From NCBI GenBank assembly GCA_964658305.1, contig OZ210885.1, forward strand, positions 12,958,001 through 13,022,000: 64,000 nucleotides of DNA, in the 5' to 3' direction. The DNA comes from Leptogorgia sarmentosa. Its lineage: Eukaryota. Below are positions 61,561 through 64,000 of this stretch, piece after piece. How positions within the stretch are numbered: position 1 is the first letter of the stretch; every line of letters starts with the position of its first letter. Made by a program: the position numbers and the translations under genes. The notes under the pieces were generated by a model. The model was not told the origin of the DNA and searched no databases. It worked only from the letters and a program-made list of their open reading frames with translations.

Positions 61561-62220
61561 GCCTCAAGCCTACACAGAATTAATACATCAAAATGTTTAT
61601 TTTGTAAAGAAACAAGAAAGCATAGTTGTTTGGAAATAACAACACTACAATCTATAACAATTGATATTGTCATTAGAGTACGATCGAAGATCGAAGTGAG
61701 TGACACTGAGAGGAGACTTTACTCGAACATACCTTATATTTAGCGATGTTCACTCCAGATTCCAGCCTTTCAACTCCAGCGCAGCTAGGGTTACAACTCG
61801 AGGCAGTATTAAAGGCCATTTTTACAAAAATATTTTAGAAACTACGACTTGAAAACAGTCCACGTGTATCTCAGTTCGAAGGATTGCAAAATTTTTGACC
61901 GGATGTCAATCATGCGCACCCCTTGCGCATGTGCAGAACTACAATAGTCATAAATTTCGCGTCACACCTGCATCTTCGAGAAATTAGCAAAACCATTGCT
62001 ATTATACTGGCTCTATCCTTACCCATTCTTTTGGTGTTTTCTGTATTGAAGTCCTTGTTGTCATGATCTTGTTTTTCCACAAAAAAATGATTTTGCTGAT
62101 CATGTTTAAAGTGTAACAATTTCCTAAAACTTACTCTGATTTATTATTTGAAGGTGTTTGGTGAAAATGTTCGGCATCTTGTGGAATATGAACATTATAA
62201 CGAAAGAGTTGGACAACTTT

Positions 62221-62291
62221 GCATTGGTGGTTCAGTGGAAGAATTCTCGCCTGCCACGCGGGAGACCGGGGTTCGATTCCCCGCTAACGCA
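62221..62291 (+). tRNA. tRNA-Gly(GCC)
   Basis: Paralog of 20181-20251. Confidence 0.82.
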
Positions 62292-62381
62292 GATTATTTT
62301 CATTTTGTTGCATTTCAATTTCAACTGCAACACGAGAAACAAACTGACTTTGTAACACAGGAATAGTGAACAAGTTATCAC

Positions 62382-62453
62382 TCCCATGTGGTCTAGTGGT
62401 TAGGATCTGGCGTTTTCACCGCCATGGCCCGGGTTCGATTTTCTGGGTGGGAA
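62382..62453 (+). tRNA. tRNA-Glu(TTC), T-stem mismatched
   Basis: Paralog of 20336-20407. Confidence 0.8.
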
Positions 62454-62770
62454 TTTTTTCTGAAAATTTCAATTTGAAGCACCTGTGTTCACATTCTCAA
62501 ACTCTGCTGTTTTACTAGACCAGTGCTCTACTGAACCCCTGAGCTAAAGAGACAAACTCTTCCTTGTTGAAACTCAGAACATAAATATAATCACGAAGTT
62601 AATTAAACTTAATTTCCCGTATTATCACTTGTTTTCATGAAATATAAACTCACTTGAAAAATTTTGTTTCAGGTCACACTTATACAATCTGGAGAGTTAA
62701 CTGCATACCTTGTAACCAATCACAAAAAGAAATGGATGAATTCTTATTCACGATGGATACTTATTGACAC

Positions 62771-62843
62771 AGCCTCATCAGAGATTTGAACTCTGGACCC
62801 CTGGTTTACGAAACCAGTGCTCTAACCCCTGAGCTAATGAGGC
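62771..62843 (-). tRNA. tRNA-Thr(CGT)
   Basis: Full cloverleaf, loop TTCGTAA. Confidence 0.9.
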
Positions 62844-62990
62844 GACCCGTAAAAATCTTCGTAGCATGTTTTTTCCAACATAGTACTCTTTCGAAGAAAA
62901 CAAAGCCTCATCAGAAAACAAAGAGATCCGCGAATTGATTATAGCTGCGTATGAAATAACATGTACGTAATTAACCTAGTAGAGTACACA

Positions 62991-63040
62991 GGGAGTGTAG
63001 CTCAGTGGTAGAGCATTCGACTGCAGATCGAGAGGTCGGG
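62991..63040 (+). pseudogene. tRNA-Cys(GCA) 5' part
   Basis: GGGAGTGTAGCTCAGTGGTAGAGCATTCGACTGCAGATCGAGAGGTCGG, then a deletion that also removes tRNA-Ser. Confidence 0.8.
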
Positions 63041-63290
63041 AACGACACGGGACGGAAGAGCACATTTCCGGAAGTATTTGGCAAAATTTTGGTGTTATAG
63101 CATGCAATAAGGAGAAAGAGAAAAGTTATAAAGTTTAAGAAACGTTTTTAGAGAAAAGTTTAACTTCTAACTCGAGTCCGAAGGACGTCGAGTGCTATTT
63201 GGGGTTTTTAGAAAACTCACGTGTGTATGTTATTAAATAGTAATATCCATTATTTTTATATTTCTTTTCGGAAATTTTTCAATGGAGCCG

Positions 63291-63303
63291 GTCTCTGTGG
63301 CGC

Positions 63304-63339
<36 letters not shown>

Positions 63340-63363
63340 TTGGTTCGAATCCAACCAGGGACG
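63291..63363 (+). tRNA. tRNA-Asn(GTT)
   Basis: Paralog of 22716-22789 with a 1-nt D-loop deletion. Followed by Pro (63487-63528, minus) and Asn (63551-63601) fragments. Confidence 0.82.
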
Positions 63364-64000
63364 TGTTTGTTGTGATGTTATTCAGACGTCGTGACGGTAA
63401 ATGTAATCGAATTTTTTGCGCGGGGTTTTCTAAGGACTTACGAAAGCTTTCAAAAAATGAGAACATCTTACTTGGTTAATTAACTAGGGCTTGCACGGGA
63501 ATCGAACACGTGATCTGTCGGACCCGAAGGAGTCGGAGTCAATGGAGTCGGTCTCTGTGGCGCAATCGGACGGTTAGCGCGTTCGAGTCCAACCAGGGAC
63601 GTGTTTGGTGTGTTCAGACGTCGTGATGGTAAATGTAAGCATATTTTTGCGCGGTGTTTTGATTTTATTCAGTTGATCTAAACGAAATTTTACTTTAATG
63701 ATGCCAAAATATTCCACAAAGTACGATAACTTTTGAAAATCATTTGATTTCGCTATTCTTCGAAAAAGTATAGAATTAATGATTACTAATTCATATTTTA
63801 TTTGTGCCGTTTTACACCTGGCAATACAGGTTCTCCAACATTGGGCGAGATATTCAACTCAGCCCGAGATTGTCCTGATGTTGTTGATAAACAAGACGCC
63901 CGCTCTGGCGTTAGCTTGCGATGCGGTTACAGTCAGTGTTGATCGTCAAAGATCCTGTATGTACTACACAACTGTGCAACTAAATATGAGGCTCAAGTTT

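Larger units (their letters stand above)
51645..63890 (+). repeat. Segmental duplication, copy B
   Basis: See copy A. It includes the Hook pseudogene, OTU fragment and tRNA cluster. Most of 52215-54935 is not shared with A. Confidence 0.95.

Overview
AT-rich, intron-containing animal genomic DNA. The repeat families resemble those of anthozoan cnidarians, which is an inference from pattern recall and not a search result. The window has no intact cellular gene. It is a repeat-dense region built around a segmental duplication (about 2.8-23.5 kb versus about 51.6-63.9 kb). It contains: (1) three related tRNA gene clusters (about 20.2-23.2, 45.7-51.0 and 62.2-63.6 kb) with intact, intron-containing, truncated and chimeric copies; (2) two decayed, 5'-truncated copies of a multi-exon Hook-family gene; (3) the last two exons of a WD40-repeat gene; (4) DNA transposons or their remnants: hAT, PIF/Harbinger, Tc1/IS630-like (one nearly intact ORF with DD30E spacing), TTAA (Kolobok-like), P-like and CACTA-like MITEs; (5) CR1/L2-type LINE pieces, a DIRS-type tyrosine recombinase and Penelope remnants. 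The most unusual signal is a group of TIR-less, non-coding elements that share one architecture: a long 5' hairpin, often capped by GCCGAAGGC, and a 3' CCAATCA...ATAATA end. Two different members inserted independently into the centre of the same palindromic P-like MITE in the two duplicated copies. All assignments were made by eye with no database search, so family names are motif-based.
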